Below are positions 1 through 11,544 of a stretch of DNA of 64,000 nt, in pieces (position 1 is the stretch's first letter; each line of letters opens with the position of its first letter). The notes beneath the pieces were generated by a model that saw only the letters and a program-made list of their open reading frames with translations, was not told where the DNA came from and did not search any database. This stretch comes from Octopus bimaculoides (taxonomy: Eukaryota): the NCBI RefSeq assembly GCF_001194135.2, contig NC_068984.1, positions 54,237,678 to 54,301,677 on the forward strand, written 5' to 3'. Both the position numbers and the translations under genes were made by a program.

Positions 1-97
1 AGGTTGAAGATGAGGAACACGTCACGCATGATGTCTTCTGTCAAATGGATAACCTGCAGTGTACTAATGGAGAATATCATTGGAGTGAAGCTGCCAG
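1..97 (+). CDS. SLC4A8/SLC4A10-like: SLC4 bicarbonate transporter, coding exon A (5' end probably upstream of window): VEDEEHVTHDVFCQMDNLQCTNGEYHWSEAA(R)
   Basis: Frame starts at nt 3. Resembles the SLC4 segment DDEEHxPHDLFTELDE...EWRETAR. Ends GCC AG|gtaaga (phase 2), and AG+A from 30440 completes Arg in frame. Confidence 0.9.
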
Positions 98-739
98 GTA
101 AGAAACATCACTTAACTTACAGTATTTTTAGCCAACGAGTAATGTCACTCCACCCGCTAAAAATAGTGGTCAAATTTCCTTCAGATCATTCATACTATCA
201 TTTTAAGAAAGGACATTTTGGATTAGGTAAATGAAGTCGCGTAGTTACGATGTTGGGCTCGTGATTACAAGGTCGTAGGATCTCATAATTCAGGATCGAG
301 TGACATGTATTTTTGAGCAAAGCCTTAAGTTCATGTTACTCCAGTAAAATCAGATGAAAATGAGTACCAGCCGAGTACTGGTGCAACTCCATCTCCCTCC
401 TCCAGTAGTTACATCCTGGTTGTTCTTCGCAGTAAGGGTTGGAAGCTTGAGTAGGTAACTACATATACTTGAAACTACATGGGCATGTAAAACAATTAGT
501 GAAATATGGTTGTTACATGTTACCAAGCCAGACTCACCTACGAGTGACTGCTATAAGTTGGGTCGGGGGGGCAATACAACCAGTAAACTGTATAAAACAA
601 GACGAGATGGTCTTGATTGGAATACATACTGTCATAGCTCTGCTCGATCGAGCAGCAATTACAACAGCTGCTTCTCGTATTTAAACCTAGAAACTATTTG
701 GAGCTGACGAGGAACGTTCGAATATGAATTTGTCTATGA

Positions 740-860
740 GGGGCATCCAACCACAGAAACTATGTCACAAGAGACAGCTCCCCGCTTGGCCAGCTTCATG
801 TCAAACCGTCCAACTCATGCCAGTGTGGAAAACGGGCGTTAAACGATGATGATGATGATT
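740..860 (+). mobile_element. RTE-like 3' tail (agggcatcca...catgccagtgtggaaaacgggcgttaaac(GAT)n)
   Basis: Same tail at about 51430-51495; related tail sequence at 8290-8375 and, in reverse, 63650-63690. Confidence 0.6.
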
Positions 861-933
861 ATGATAAAAAGGAAATGTTTAGCGTTTGAGATAGTACCAC
901 TTATTGCTGAACGACTATTTCCTGATGGTGTGT

Positions 934-992
<59 letters not shown>

Positions 993-999
993 TATGGAA

Positions 1000-1310
1000 A
1001 GATAAGAGCAATCTGAGGGTCAGAAGAAAGGAAGCGAAATCTGTGAGAATAGCCCGTTGAAGTAACAGAGCTGTTGAACGTAAAGTAGAAAGAAAGGGAA
1101 GTGGGAATAGTTGTGGTGTATGCGTGATAGGATTCGGTCAGTGACCAGGCCGGGAGCAGCGCAGTGTTGGCTGTAAATTCGGGATAACCCCGTGCAAAAA
1201 AGAAATGGAGCAGATAAGAAGGAAGGTTGTGATATAAATGTAAGTCAGTGAGTTCATTAGGTACCGAGAAGATGGATGCACCGATGGTCTTAACGATGAG
1301 CACTCGGTTG
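1000..1310 (-). mobile_element. Possible L2/CR1-type LINE 3' coding remnant
   Basis: LHFFFARGYPEFTANTALLP...HAYTTTIP loosely resembles the post-RT region of L2/CR1; a similar T/C-rich relic may lie at 9640-9990 (minus). Confidence 0.35.
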
Positions 1311-1538
1311 TTCGATTAGGTGAACGCCTGGTTCATTAAATTAATCATTAAGTGGTTGAGTATTCTGCAGACGTGTACCCTTAGCATGATATTCAGATAA
1401 CCACATGGTTCCGGGTTCAGTCTCACTGCGTGGCATCTTTGGCAAATGTCTTCTATTATAGCCTCGGGCCAAAGCCTTGTGAGTGGATTTGGTAGACAGA
1501 AACTAAAAGAAACCCGTCGTATATATATATATATATAT

Positions 1539-1764
1539 NNNNNNNNNNNNNNNNNNNNNNNNNNNNNNNNNNNNNNNNNNNNNNNNNNNNNNNNNNNNNN
1601 NNNNNNNNNNNNNNNNNNNNNNNNNNNNNNNNNNNNNNNNNNNNNNNNNNNNNNNNNNNNNNNNNNNNNNNNNNNNNNNNNNNNNNNNNNNNNNNNNNNN
1701 NNNNNNNNNNNNNNNNNNNNNNNNNNNNNNNNNNNNNNNNNNNNNNNNNNNNNNNNNNNNNNNN
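1539..1764. other. Assembly gap (others at 15091-15100 and 54996-55109)
   Basis: N runs; two of the three are flanked by (TA)n. Confidence 1.
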
Positions 1765-1796
<32 letters not shown>

Positions 1797-1955
1797 CGAC
1801 GGGCTTCTTTATATATAATTTAGAGAAAAACCACTGTTAAATAATTCAATAATGTAATTCATACCCTCTAGAAAATAAATATATCATAAAAACCTAATTC
1901 TAAAAATCAATAAAGTACATTAAAAAAAGTAGTAAGTGGTATAAAATGACTACGC

Positions 1956-2138
1956 ACGTTTCGTGGCTATATTTTCAAATAGATAACTAATAAAACCAAT
2001 TCGATTAATAATCAAATCGATCTAAAATTAGACCTGACGAGTGACTATATTTTTGAATAGATTTAATTGTAGATCGATTTGATTATTAATCGAATTGGTT
2101 TTATTAGTTATCTATTTGAAAATATAGCCACGAAACGT
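1956..2138. repeat. Near-perfect inverted repeat, 75-bp arms
   Basis: 1956-2030 is the reverse complement of 2064-2138 with one mismatch seen (a/c). The 33-bp spacer contains CTGACGA. Confidence 0.93.
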
Positions 2139-2140
2139 AG
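2031..2140 (+). ncRNA. Hammerhead-ribozyme-like motif with 91-nt extended stem II (stem I 3' strand missing in this copy)
   Basis: CTGACGA at 2034-2040; 2041-2062 pairs with 2110-2131 (22 nt, one mismatch, two G-U); GAAAC at 2132-2136; GTA at 2137-2139. Confidence 0.65.
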
Positions 2141-2278
2141 AAAGTTGTGAAATTTTCCCTTATCGAAGTACGATAAGCTAAAAAAAAAGGTTAATTTTAT
2201 AGTTCACGGTTAGCAACAGGGGTTGTTGTATATGCGAATTAACATCCAAAATTTAGGGAATGGAGTAGATAAAATCCA

Positions 2279-2363
2279 GGCTACATATGTTTCACAACTT
2301 GCGGAATCTCGGAAGTGATAAGTTATCCAAATGAGGGGTAGACTGTAAGCTACTCTTCAGGCC
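2279..2363 (-). ncRNA. Complete type I hammerhead-ribozyme-like motif
   Basis: Minus strand reads GGC-CTGAAGA-GTAGCTT...AAGTTGT-GAAAC-ATAT-GTA-GCC: stem I GGC/GCC, intact core, stem II 7 bp including wobbles, stem III AC/GT, GUA cleavage triplet. Confidence 0.7.
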
Positions 2364-2967
2364 AAAGATACCGTGATTATAGGAAGTTTACATTGTCATT
2401 TTGAGATCCCGTGTAAATTCATTGGGGGATTCGATCGATGTGTGTGTGTGTTTCTTTGTGTCTGTGCTTGTCCCCCCACCACTGCGTGATGACTGGTGTT
2501 GGTGTGTTACGCCCCCGTAACTTAGTGGTTCAACAAAAGAAAGAGTTCGATAGAATAAGAACCAGGCTTTAAAATATAAGTACTGGGGTCTATTCATTCG
2601 ACTAAATAATTCTTCAAAACAGCGCCCCAGCATGGCTACAGTCTAATGGCTGAGACAAGAAAAAGATAAATCCATCCAACAGGGTTCCACACAGTTTCCG
2701 TCTAATTTTATTCATAATGTTTAGGTTGACCCGAAGCTATGGTAAAAACACTTGCTCAAGATACCACGCTATGGAATCGAAACCAGAACTTAATTATTGC
2801 AAAGTGAATTTTTTTAATCGAGATTTGAGGGTTATCAATGGCGACAGAGATGTGGAGGAAAGTGACAGAAGTAGCAGAAATGGTAGATTCGAGAGCAAGG
2901 GGTCTTGTGGATGTTGTTATTGTTTCTGCTCAAATATTCCAACTATGATGGTTTTGACTGTTTAGTG

Positions 2968-3870
2968 CAGTGTTTCTCAATCATTTTTGTCTATGGATCC
3001 CTTTGATTCCTGTTTTAATTACAATATGGAGAATTTACCGAAAAATATAGAATACGAAGAACTGAAATTACGATACGGTATATATATTATGAAGGACAGG
3101 CATAAAGGCAAGTAAGTGATGTTACTTGATGGGGCAGGTAACATCACTTCCATTTCTCATTTTTTCATTCTTACATATTACCATTCGTTATTTTAATTTC
3201 TTTCTTCTGATTTCATCTTCTTTTTGTATTTTTATTTCCCCGAGTTTGTGTTTGTTGCGTTGGTATTGTCTCTATGTGTTGTAATGTGGAGGGGCAATAG
3301 CCTAGTGGTTAGGGCAGCGGACTCGCGATCATAGGATCGCGGTTTCGATTCCCGGACCGGGCGTTGTGTGTGTTTATTGAGCGAAAACACCTAAAGCTCC
3401 ACGAGGCTCCGGCAAGGGATGGTGGCGAACCCTGCTGTACTCTTTCACCACAACTTTCTCTCACTCTTACTTTCTGTTGTGCCTGTAATTCAAAGGGTCA
3501 GCCTTGTCACACTGTGTCACGCTGAATATCCCCGAGAACTACGTTAAAGCTACACGTGTTTGTGGAGTGCTCAGCCACTTGCACGTTAATTTCACGAGCA
3601 GGCTGTTTCGTTGATCGGATCAACTGGAACCCTCGACGTCGTAAGCGACGGAGTGCCAACAACAACATATGTGTTGTAATGTTAATGGAAGATTTTTTGT
3701 TTTACCTTTTATAGGCAATAAAAAAATCGATCCCTTTGATTCCTGTTTTACTCAGATGGACCCTTCTAGCCATTCGATGTTTAAAAGAATCATATATTTT
3801 TACAATTAAATATTATTAGGAATTGTTTTTAAAAAAATTGATAAAATATTTTGTGTATTGTAGAAGTAAA
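2968..3870 (-). mobile_element. Interrupted copy of the 4.86 kb MITE with a nested insertion
   Basis: 2968-3017 matches the reverse complement of the 4.86 kb MITE right end; homology resumes after 3729; a 22-bp direct repeat sits at 2996-3017 and 3729-3750. Confidence 0.6.
3288..3667 (+). mobile_element. tRNA(Arg-like)-derived SINE family A, full length
   Basis: A/B boxes, conserved body, (CAA)n tail; 15-bp TSD TATGTGTTGTAATGT at 3273-3287 and 3668-3682. Confidence 0.92.
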
Positions 3871-4210
3871 GACCCCCTTTGGTCATGAATGACCATGAGA
3901 TTGCACCTACTAAGTTCCCCTACGAGTCACAAGTCCGGGAAAGGGTGTTTTTGTTGAAGGCCGGCAGTCGCCCATTTATACCAGCCTCCCCTCTCCTTGC
4001 TATAGGTGTTGTCCAAGGGAAAGACAAAAGCCGATACAGCTTGGCATTAGTGACGTCGCAACTCATTTCTACAGCTGAATGAACTGGAACAACAGGAAAT
4101 AAAGTGTTTTGCTCAAGAACCTAACTCGCAGCTCGGTCCGGGAATCGAACTCACTAACTCATGATTGTGAGTTCGACGCTCTAACCACTGAGCGATTGAG
4201 CCATGCGCCT
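3868..4210 (-). mobile_element. tRNA-derived SINE family D
   Basis: Reverse-complement head (gggaatcgaactc...ctctaaccactgagc) and core aaataaagtg.tttgctcaagaac. Related copies at 59258-59550, 29125-29375, 38525-38665 and 240-360. Confidence 0.7.
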
Positions 4211-4858
4211 TGCGGGAATGTAGGACGATTATTTTTATGCGTTGTTTTTTTTAATATTTTATATATAAGACGGTATGGCATAGCAGTCTTAACAATTATA
4301 TAAAAGCTTCACTTATTAGAAAGTTGAAATTGTTGATACAGGAAAGGAAGAGCGTGTGTTTACCAGAGAGAGAGAGTGTGTGTGTGTGTGTATTCGGTAA
4401 CTTAGATGTCAACCTCGTTATAACCATGAAGAGGTTGGTATAAACGAGTCCATTTTTACCACTCATGCTCAGAAGGGAGAATAGTTAATGGTTGATGTGA
4501 AGCCATTGGTGCTGCGCCGTAGTCCTGTTAAGGTAACACCTACTGTTTCACTTTGTTGTTGTGGTGGTAGTTTAATTCCAAGTTTTCATTGATCAAAGAC
4601 AAATTAATCTGGCTATTACGTCTTGTTTTCAATATTAGTATCGCAAGGAGAATACATTATCCAATATGTTCTTCCTATTTCAAGGGAAATTGAGGGGACT
4701 TGGCTAGTATTTCTACACATCGACAGCTCTGGTATTCTTCTAGAAGTTGATTTATATGCAAACAAGCCGGGACAATGGGGGATCTTGATATACTAGAAAT
4801 AACAGCCAAATCTTTATATTACGATCTACCGTCTTCAAAAGGAAAGACACATTAGGAT

Positions 4859-5116
4859 CAGTGATTCTCAACCAAGGTCCATATGACCCTTAGGGGTCCA
4901 TATAAGATATTTTTTTGTTAAAGCTTGTGTGCAATAAATTGGTTATGCTTCTACAATACACGAAATATTTCAATTTTTTTTATGCAATCTCTAATAATAT
5001 TTAATTATAAATGTATAATAGGATTTTTTTAAAAATATCGAATAACTATAAGCGTCCAACCAAGTAAAAACAAGAATCAAAGGTGTCCATAGGCAAAGAA
5101 TGGTTAAGAAACACTG
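4859..5116. mobile_element. hAT/Charlie-type MITE
   Basis: TIRs CAGTGATTCTCAACC / GGTTAAGAAACACTG; flanks cattaggat and cattagat (near 8-bp TSD). Confidence 0.75.
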
Positions 5117-5169
5117 CATTAGATAAAGCGGATTTTTTCCCAACTGAACAGTTTCAAACTTCAGACACT

Positions 5170-5300
5170 GCTAGAATGTGTCATATAAAACATCGTTTAC
5201 TCTTAGTGTTGTTGAGAAAAGTTTCTATTTTCAAAGTTATTTCGTGTTAAAGTTGTCGTATTTCGGTAATTTCAATCAATCAATGACGTGTATTCAGCTG
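5170..5300 (+). mobile_element. Diverged internal fragment of the 18.2/21.6 kb MITE family
   Basis: tagaatgtgtcatataaaacatc...aaagttgtcgtatttc.gtaatttcaa.caatca.tgacgt aligns to the interior of those MITEs. Confidence 0.7.
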
Positions 5301-6472
5301 AATAAAATTACTGCTGTTGTTTGTCAACAACAACTTCCGGCGATGTATATTTCGTTTGTCACTGTTATTTATGACATATTTCATCTCAGTTACGTTTGTA
5401 TGAATAAACGAGTGTATCTGAAGCATGCTTACTTCATGGCATCACCATGATCTTTCGTGCATTTCTACTGTTTTAAGTTTTTTTCTCCTGTTTTTCAGCT
5501 ACTATTTTCGGAGACTTTTTTGCCCCAACCCACCTTCCCCCTCCAATTTCTTCATTTTTCACTTTTTTCCGTAACTCTAACCTTAAAACCCCAACCCTAA
5601 TCCTAAAACCCTAACCCTAAAGCCAGTACAAACACACGAACGATGTCTTAGATAACAGTGACAAACGAAATATATATTGGTTAGAGTTGAGCTGGGGCAA
5701 AACAACAATAGAAGATTGCTTGTATCAATTAGTGGATACAGATAAGCTTCAAAGGCATTGGCGGCATTAAAGCAGTGAAACTGTTCTAACTGGGATTTGA
5801 AAGTCAAACCCAGTCTTGAAACATCAGAAACTTCTTACTGAATTTATCATGCGATTCTCAGGAGCAATGTCTTAAAAGGTGTAAGAGATTATATTCCAAG
5901 CACGAGACCAATTAACTATTCAGAGAATCGGAATTATTTTATCAGCTGCTGAAGCAGTTAATTCCTGTTGCTAAGGTGAAACAAAATTCATCCACAATTC
6001 TGCTTTCTTTTCATCACATTATAATCCACAGAGCTTTTCTTTAGATTTTCATTCTAACTTTTCATTAAACCCTCACACGCTTTTACTTAGATCACCGTTG
6101 AATAATTCTGTTTCCGTGGAATATAAAAAATAACCGATCGTAGTTAACACAGGCTGGACTTAGTAGCATTGCTTAGTTTCTTATGTACTTGTAAGCAAAA
6201 TAAGTTTCAATCCGTAAAGAAGGAAAGAATAAAAACTCTTTTCTACGAATAAGACTAACTACTATAATGCATCAAATGGAAATGCTTCATTGTTTGAAAC
6301 TATTGGAAACTTTGGGAAAGAGGTTTGTTTTAAGATTTGCTTAATTACATTTGTGATGCTAAAACAATTAGGATTAACCGTAAACCTACTGCTTTTGCAT
6401 AGACTGTCACACAAAACACATAGTTCTATTTTTCTCTGCACACGTACGCACGCACACACACACACACACGCA

Positions 6473-6774
6473 TAAAAGAAGTAGCGTTTATCGCTACATC
6501 AATATGGCTGTTCAACGTTACTAACGTCTAACCCCAGGCAGAGCATGCGTCACTTGGTTATCGGTGCAATCTGCACTCTGTATATATTGCAAGCAGGGGA
6601 GCGAACCCATACTATCTTCTGAAAGACGACGGGATCAACAGACCGAACGATTTCAGGCTGTTTGTCCCTACCTTTAGTAGTGCACCGATAACCAGCTGGG
6701 GGAGGCTCTTCCTGGGATTAAACAGTAGTAATGTCGAACAGTCATATTGATGTGACGATAAACATTACTTTTTA
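6473..6774. mobile_element. Foldback MITE with about 90-bp imperfect TIRs
   Basis: Nested inverted segments, e.g. tggttatcggtgca/tgcaccgataacca (perfect 14 bp), cccaggcagagc/gctcttcctggg, atatggctgttc/gaacagtcatat, gtttatcg/cgataaac. Confidence 0.8.
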
Positions 6775-8990
6775 GTATAGTTACTACTTCCTTCTCTTAC
6801 TGAGATTTTCTAACTAGCTACTTTGCTTGTTTTATATATATATATGACTTTTACTATTTTAAGAGGTCATAAAACGGATCAGATTTATGAGAGAAAAAAA
6901 TATCTTATCTTTGTAAGTATTCAAACAGATTTAAAGATTTTTTCTTTTGATGGCTTACTCAGAAGAAGACACGAAGCGCCCGCGACAATTTGTCAGGGCT
7001 TGTAGGACGAAGAGAGGAATTTGTTCTCAAACTAGAGACCTGACTTGGAAGTTTGCAACAGACTGGATTACGCTAAACATATCCAATATTAAAATAGTAA
7101 TCAAAGTGTCCATAGATAAAAAATGGTTGAGAACTCCTGGTCAAGATGTTCGATCAAATGGACCACCTATTCTGTGAATTAGCGGGCAAAGTGACTGAAT
7201 ATTCCACAGTCAGTGTACCCATAACATAACTCGGAGGTAGAATCAACGTAATAGAAACATATCAAGGCTGGACCTTTGAATTAAAGGTACGATCCATCTG
7301 ACGGGCTTCTAGTCATTCTCCGTCTATCCAAATTCACTTACAAGGTTTCCGTCGACACAAGACTATGGGAGAGGTACTTAACTAAGATTAAATGCCGTGA
7401 AATCGAATCTAGAAAAGAAAGGAAATTTCTATTATAAAACAAATAACATAAAATGAGGAACAAGTATGACCATTCGATATTTACTTAATATGAAATAAAA
7501 TATTGCTATGATTCGTGACGGTGCATCATAAAGACAATTTAAATGAGTCTACTTGTTGGGCAATTTAACAATCAAAAAGGGAATGTAACATCATCTAAGA
7601 TAGATATTAGAATTATAGAACTTTTAAATTTGCCGATTAAGCGATTGTTTTTCTCAGGCTACCAATGAGTTGAACGTGTTTTACTCATTGACCATAATTG
7701 ATCCAGGTTAGCAAATTCTAAGTTTCTGGACGAAGGGAGTAATTTGCGCCTGCATTCAAACGTACCTGCCGAAGCAGAGTGAATCGTTCATATATTTTCC
7801 GAATGGTAGACAGTTCGTACTGCGCTAGTTCCCCGACAAAGTTGCTTAACAGCCAATGAGCAACTTTATCAATCCGTAACTGAGCACCGCAAATAATTAC
7901 AACGCCTCACACAAGGCATTGCAAGCTCTGTAAAGTTAATATGCATTTATGAAACTTCAAGGGATTAATTCCTAGCCACACAGGGATGTGTGATTAAGAA
8001 GTTTGCATCCCAGCCTTGTGATCTCGAGTTCAGTCATACTGCATGGCACTTTAGGAAAGTGTCTTCTGCTGTAACCCTGGGCCGACTAAAGACTTCTGAG
8101 TAGATTTGGTAGATGGAAACTGAAAGAAGCCCATCGTGCATGTGCGTGTTTGTGCTTCTTTGTCTTGTCACCGTATGATAGTTATAAACGAGTCCACCGT
8201 CATACAAGCGGTGTCATTCGTTTCCACTCCTCCATAGCGACATGTCCGGATGGAGAAATATTATCTTGCTTGGATAAAAAGTGCGGATTGGTGATAAGAA
8301 GGGCTTTCAGCCATAGAAAATCTACCTCATTGAATTCTGTCCGACCCATGCAAGCATGGAAATGTAGACGTTTAAACTATAAAGATAACGATGCAACTCG
8401 TGCTCAAAAATGGCTCAGTTTCTTGCTACAACAATATTTCTTACTTTATCCTCATTACATTTGACCTACTCCTCTAGCAGTAGTAACTCGAGGGTTTTCT
8501 GCCTGACTAACGATTTATTTATTGAATCACTACATAAACAAGTAGGTGTTTGGCGTCTTTTAACTCTATCTGTAATAACCGCAATTAGACAATTCTACTG
8601 CCCTTGTTAATCTTTTATGTGAAATGAAACGTAGTGAATATAAATACTTTTAGTTGCACCAATGCATCACTAATGATTTATGAATAATTGTACCTACATA
8701 TCTTTGTAAACTAAAGTATGTAAAACATATATACGTACAACTATTTTGTGTTAGCGAACAAGCGTAGGTATGCAACATATGTTGTACATATATTTGAATA
8801 CATATATTCAACGGATAAAATGTCAATTCCGCCAAAATCAACTTTGCTTTCCATCATTCTCGAATCAGTAATACAAATGCCAGTTAAGTGGTAGGCTCAT
8901 TTTCGGCCGGTTTGATAAGACAGCTGTTCATCTTAGTCTTTAAAAAGAGTACTTGTTTCGTTGCAGTGGACTGTTCCCCTCTAAAGTTTA

Positions 8991-9148
8991 GAGGCATGGC
9001 TGTGTGGTAAGTAGCTTGCTTATCAACCACATAGTTTCGGGTTCAGTCCCACTGCGTGGCACCTTGGGCCACTGTCTTCTACTATAGCCTCGGGACAACC
9101 AAAGCCTTGTGAGTGGATTTAGTAGACGGAAACCGAAAGAAGCCCGTC

Positions 9149-9195
<47 letters not shown>

Positions 9196-9277
9196 TATAT
9201 GTTTGTGTGTCTGTGTTTGCCCCCCATCATCGCTTGACAACCGATGTTGGTGTGTTTACGTCCCCGTAACTTAGCGA
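8991..9277 (+). mobile_element. tRNA-derived SINE family B with internal (TA)n
   Basis: ggcatggctgtgtggtaag...gggttcagtcccactgcgtggcaccttgggc head, aaagaagcccgtcgtatata junction, 3' part truncated. Further copies or fragments near 1395-1538, 2440-2670, 7985-8135, 43020-43230, 43880-44430, 45680-45940. Confidence 0.85.
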
Positions 9278-11286
9278 TTATAAATTTTATCTCCAGCACT
9301 GGATATGATTTATACAGACACACTCGAACACGCACACATCTCATCGTTTTACATTTATGAATTGAACGAGTTGAAGAGACGAATCAGAAACCACGTCTCA
9401 CTTGTACGCTTCAGTTTTGGCGGTCTTTTTTTTATTAAGGCTGAATGCCTTTCCTACCGCCAACCACTGTACAGAGTGTGTTAGAAATATTTTATCGTGG
9501 CGGTAGCACTAAAGAGCTTGTCTTGTCTCGACCAGGTGACATTCCTCTCTGCCGTATGTTGTTATCATTAGTTCGTTTACTAGCATCAGAAGATATCTCA
9601 TCTTTGGCAAGATTAAAAGAAAGTTCTCTTTTTCATTGTCTTGTCTCAGTGAATTCGTTCCTTTCTTTCTCACACAATTTAGTGGAACAAAAACCAGAGG
9701 GAGTGGCCGATGAAAGAGTTGGAGTAGAACTAGAGTGATGAAAATAAGGATCTGTTAGATGAGAGAGTAATGAAAGGAAGAGTAAAGGAGTGATAAACAA
9801 CTCTATAATGGTCGTTAGTAAAAGTCTTTGGTGAAAGTTACATGACGCATAGTGTCGCAGAAGAGACGTAATAGAGCCACACTGAGAAGGTCAAAGAAGA
9901 GTGACCAATGGAGGAGAAATATAGCAGCAAGGTGAACGATGAAAAATATAGTCTTCCCAACAACGATTTTGCGGCGGGAACTTAGTTCAGATGTAAACGT
10001 TCTATATGTATACCAACATACAGTTTTCTTCAATATTACAAAGATTATTATTTTTTGTTGGCTCCACGTGTAAAAGTAAACTTCGAGAAAACTTCAAATC
10101 ATTAAGGGATTCTGCTCATACGCTCATGATCAAACTAATATCATTGAAAAAACTCTGTAAATTCCATTTTAAGGGTTCAACATTGCTCAATATGAAGGAA
10201 ATCTCAGATTGTGTAATCTTTCGGAGTATTTCATTAGTTTGCAATGAAATATTCTTAAATATTTTATCTAATTATGATCGATGTTTTTATATATGTGTGT
10301 ACACCTTTCTCTATGTTCATATACGTGTACATGAATTTCAAGGGTGCGTATACTTTCATGCTGTTATAACTATTCATCTTTATTAAGAAATGACAGGACT
10401 TTCTCAATAGAATTCCAATAAGGTCTAGAGTTTGTTAACATTGCAACCGGGCTAGTGTTAGCTCTTAACGCGTTCACACTGTTGCAACAGGCATGTCGTT
10501 GATCTCAGGATAACTTCCTCCAGCCTGAAACTTGTCATGGACGTCGTCCTTCCTCTTCTGATTACGCCATTAAAAACAAATGTGTCTATGTATGTCAAAA
10601 TGGTTTAAAATATAGAACTGATTCACTAGATTAACATTTAGATGTAGCAAATCTTCCAGTTGTTTACGATGTGTTTCTCATAGAGAAAATTCAGGCTTTA
10701 TATACCATGTAATATATTGTGATATAATCAATATGCTATATAACTTTGTGCACCATTGATTATGGCTACTAATAGGAAACTACAGTGAAGGCTCAATAGC
10801 TGTATGTTAAAAGCTAATTGTTGAAGAGACATTTCTATCAGTTGGGCAACACTCATCCTTAATAATTCGAGGTTTTATCTTCCATCTTGTTGAACGAAAT
10901 ATCTTATATGTTTACAAGCAGTAGATACTTGCATTGTTCCATGATACGTTATATATTTTGATGACATAGATACCTTCTATTTCTAAGTACGCTTAATAAA
11001 GCCGTTTGTTCAAACAATAAAAAAAAATATATATTTTTTGTACTGTGTCAATTGCTAGTGAAATGGGTTTTAATCCAACAAAACTGCTCTGATTAATGGT
11101 TTTGAGTCGCTTTGAATTTGTCTAACTCAACAGACACTTCATATGTATTTACTGTCCAAGTAAATGTTTTATTATTTTGTTATATTTGGAGATAGTCATA
11201 CTTTTACCAAATAAACACGTGCACTATATACTTGGCCTTCACTTCAGCTTTATCATCATTATTATTATTATTTTAGTGTCATCACA

Positions 11287-11544
11287 CATCCTGTGACCTC
11301 TTCATCGACTCTTTATCCCACGTGTCTTGTCTTGTTCTTGAGAATAATGGAGACACTTGGCAAAGTATGACCATCCCCAAATATGACATCTGTTTCAACA
11401 CATTATTTCACACACACACATCCTGTGACCTCTTCATCAACTCTTAATCCCACGTGTCTTGTCATGTTCTTGAGAATAATGGAGACACTTGGCAAAGTAT
11501 GACCATCCCCAAATATGACACCTGTTTCAACACATTATTTCACA
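11287..11544. repeat. Tandem duplication, period 132 bp, two copies
   Basis: Four substitutions between units; the junction is a (CA)n run. Confidence 0.92.

Noticed and set aside
78-97. EAARW instead of the usual ETARW motif
   Set aside because: AE1/band 3 also has WMEAARW, so this lies within family variation.
704-775. CTGACGA ... GAAACTATGTC, a possible hammerhead
   Set aside because: Stem I and stem II cannot pair in register.
1505-1812. aaagaaacccgtcg(ta)n-gap-(ta)ncgacgggcttcttt symmetry across the first gap
   Set aside because: Only about 18 bp of SINE B junction on the right side and adjacent to a gap; may be an assembly effect.
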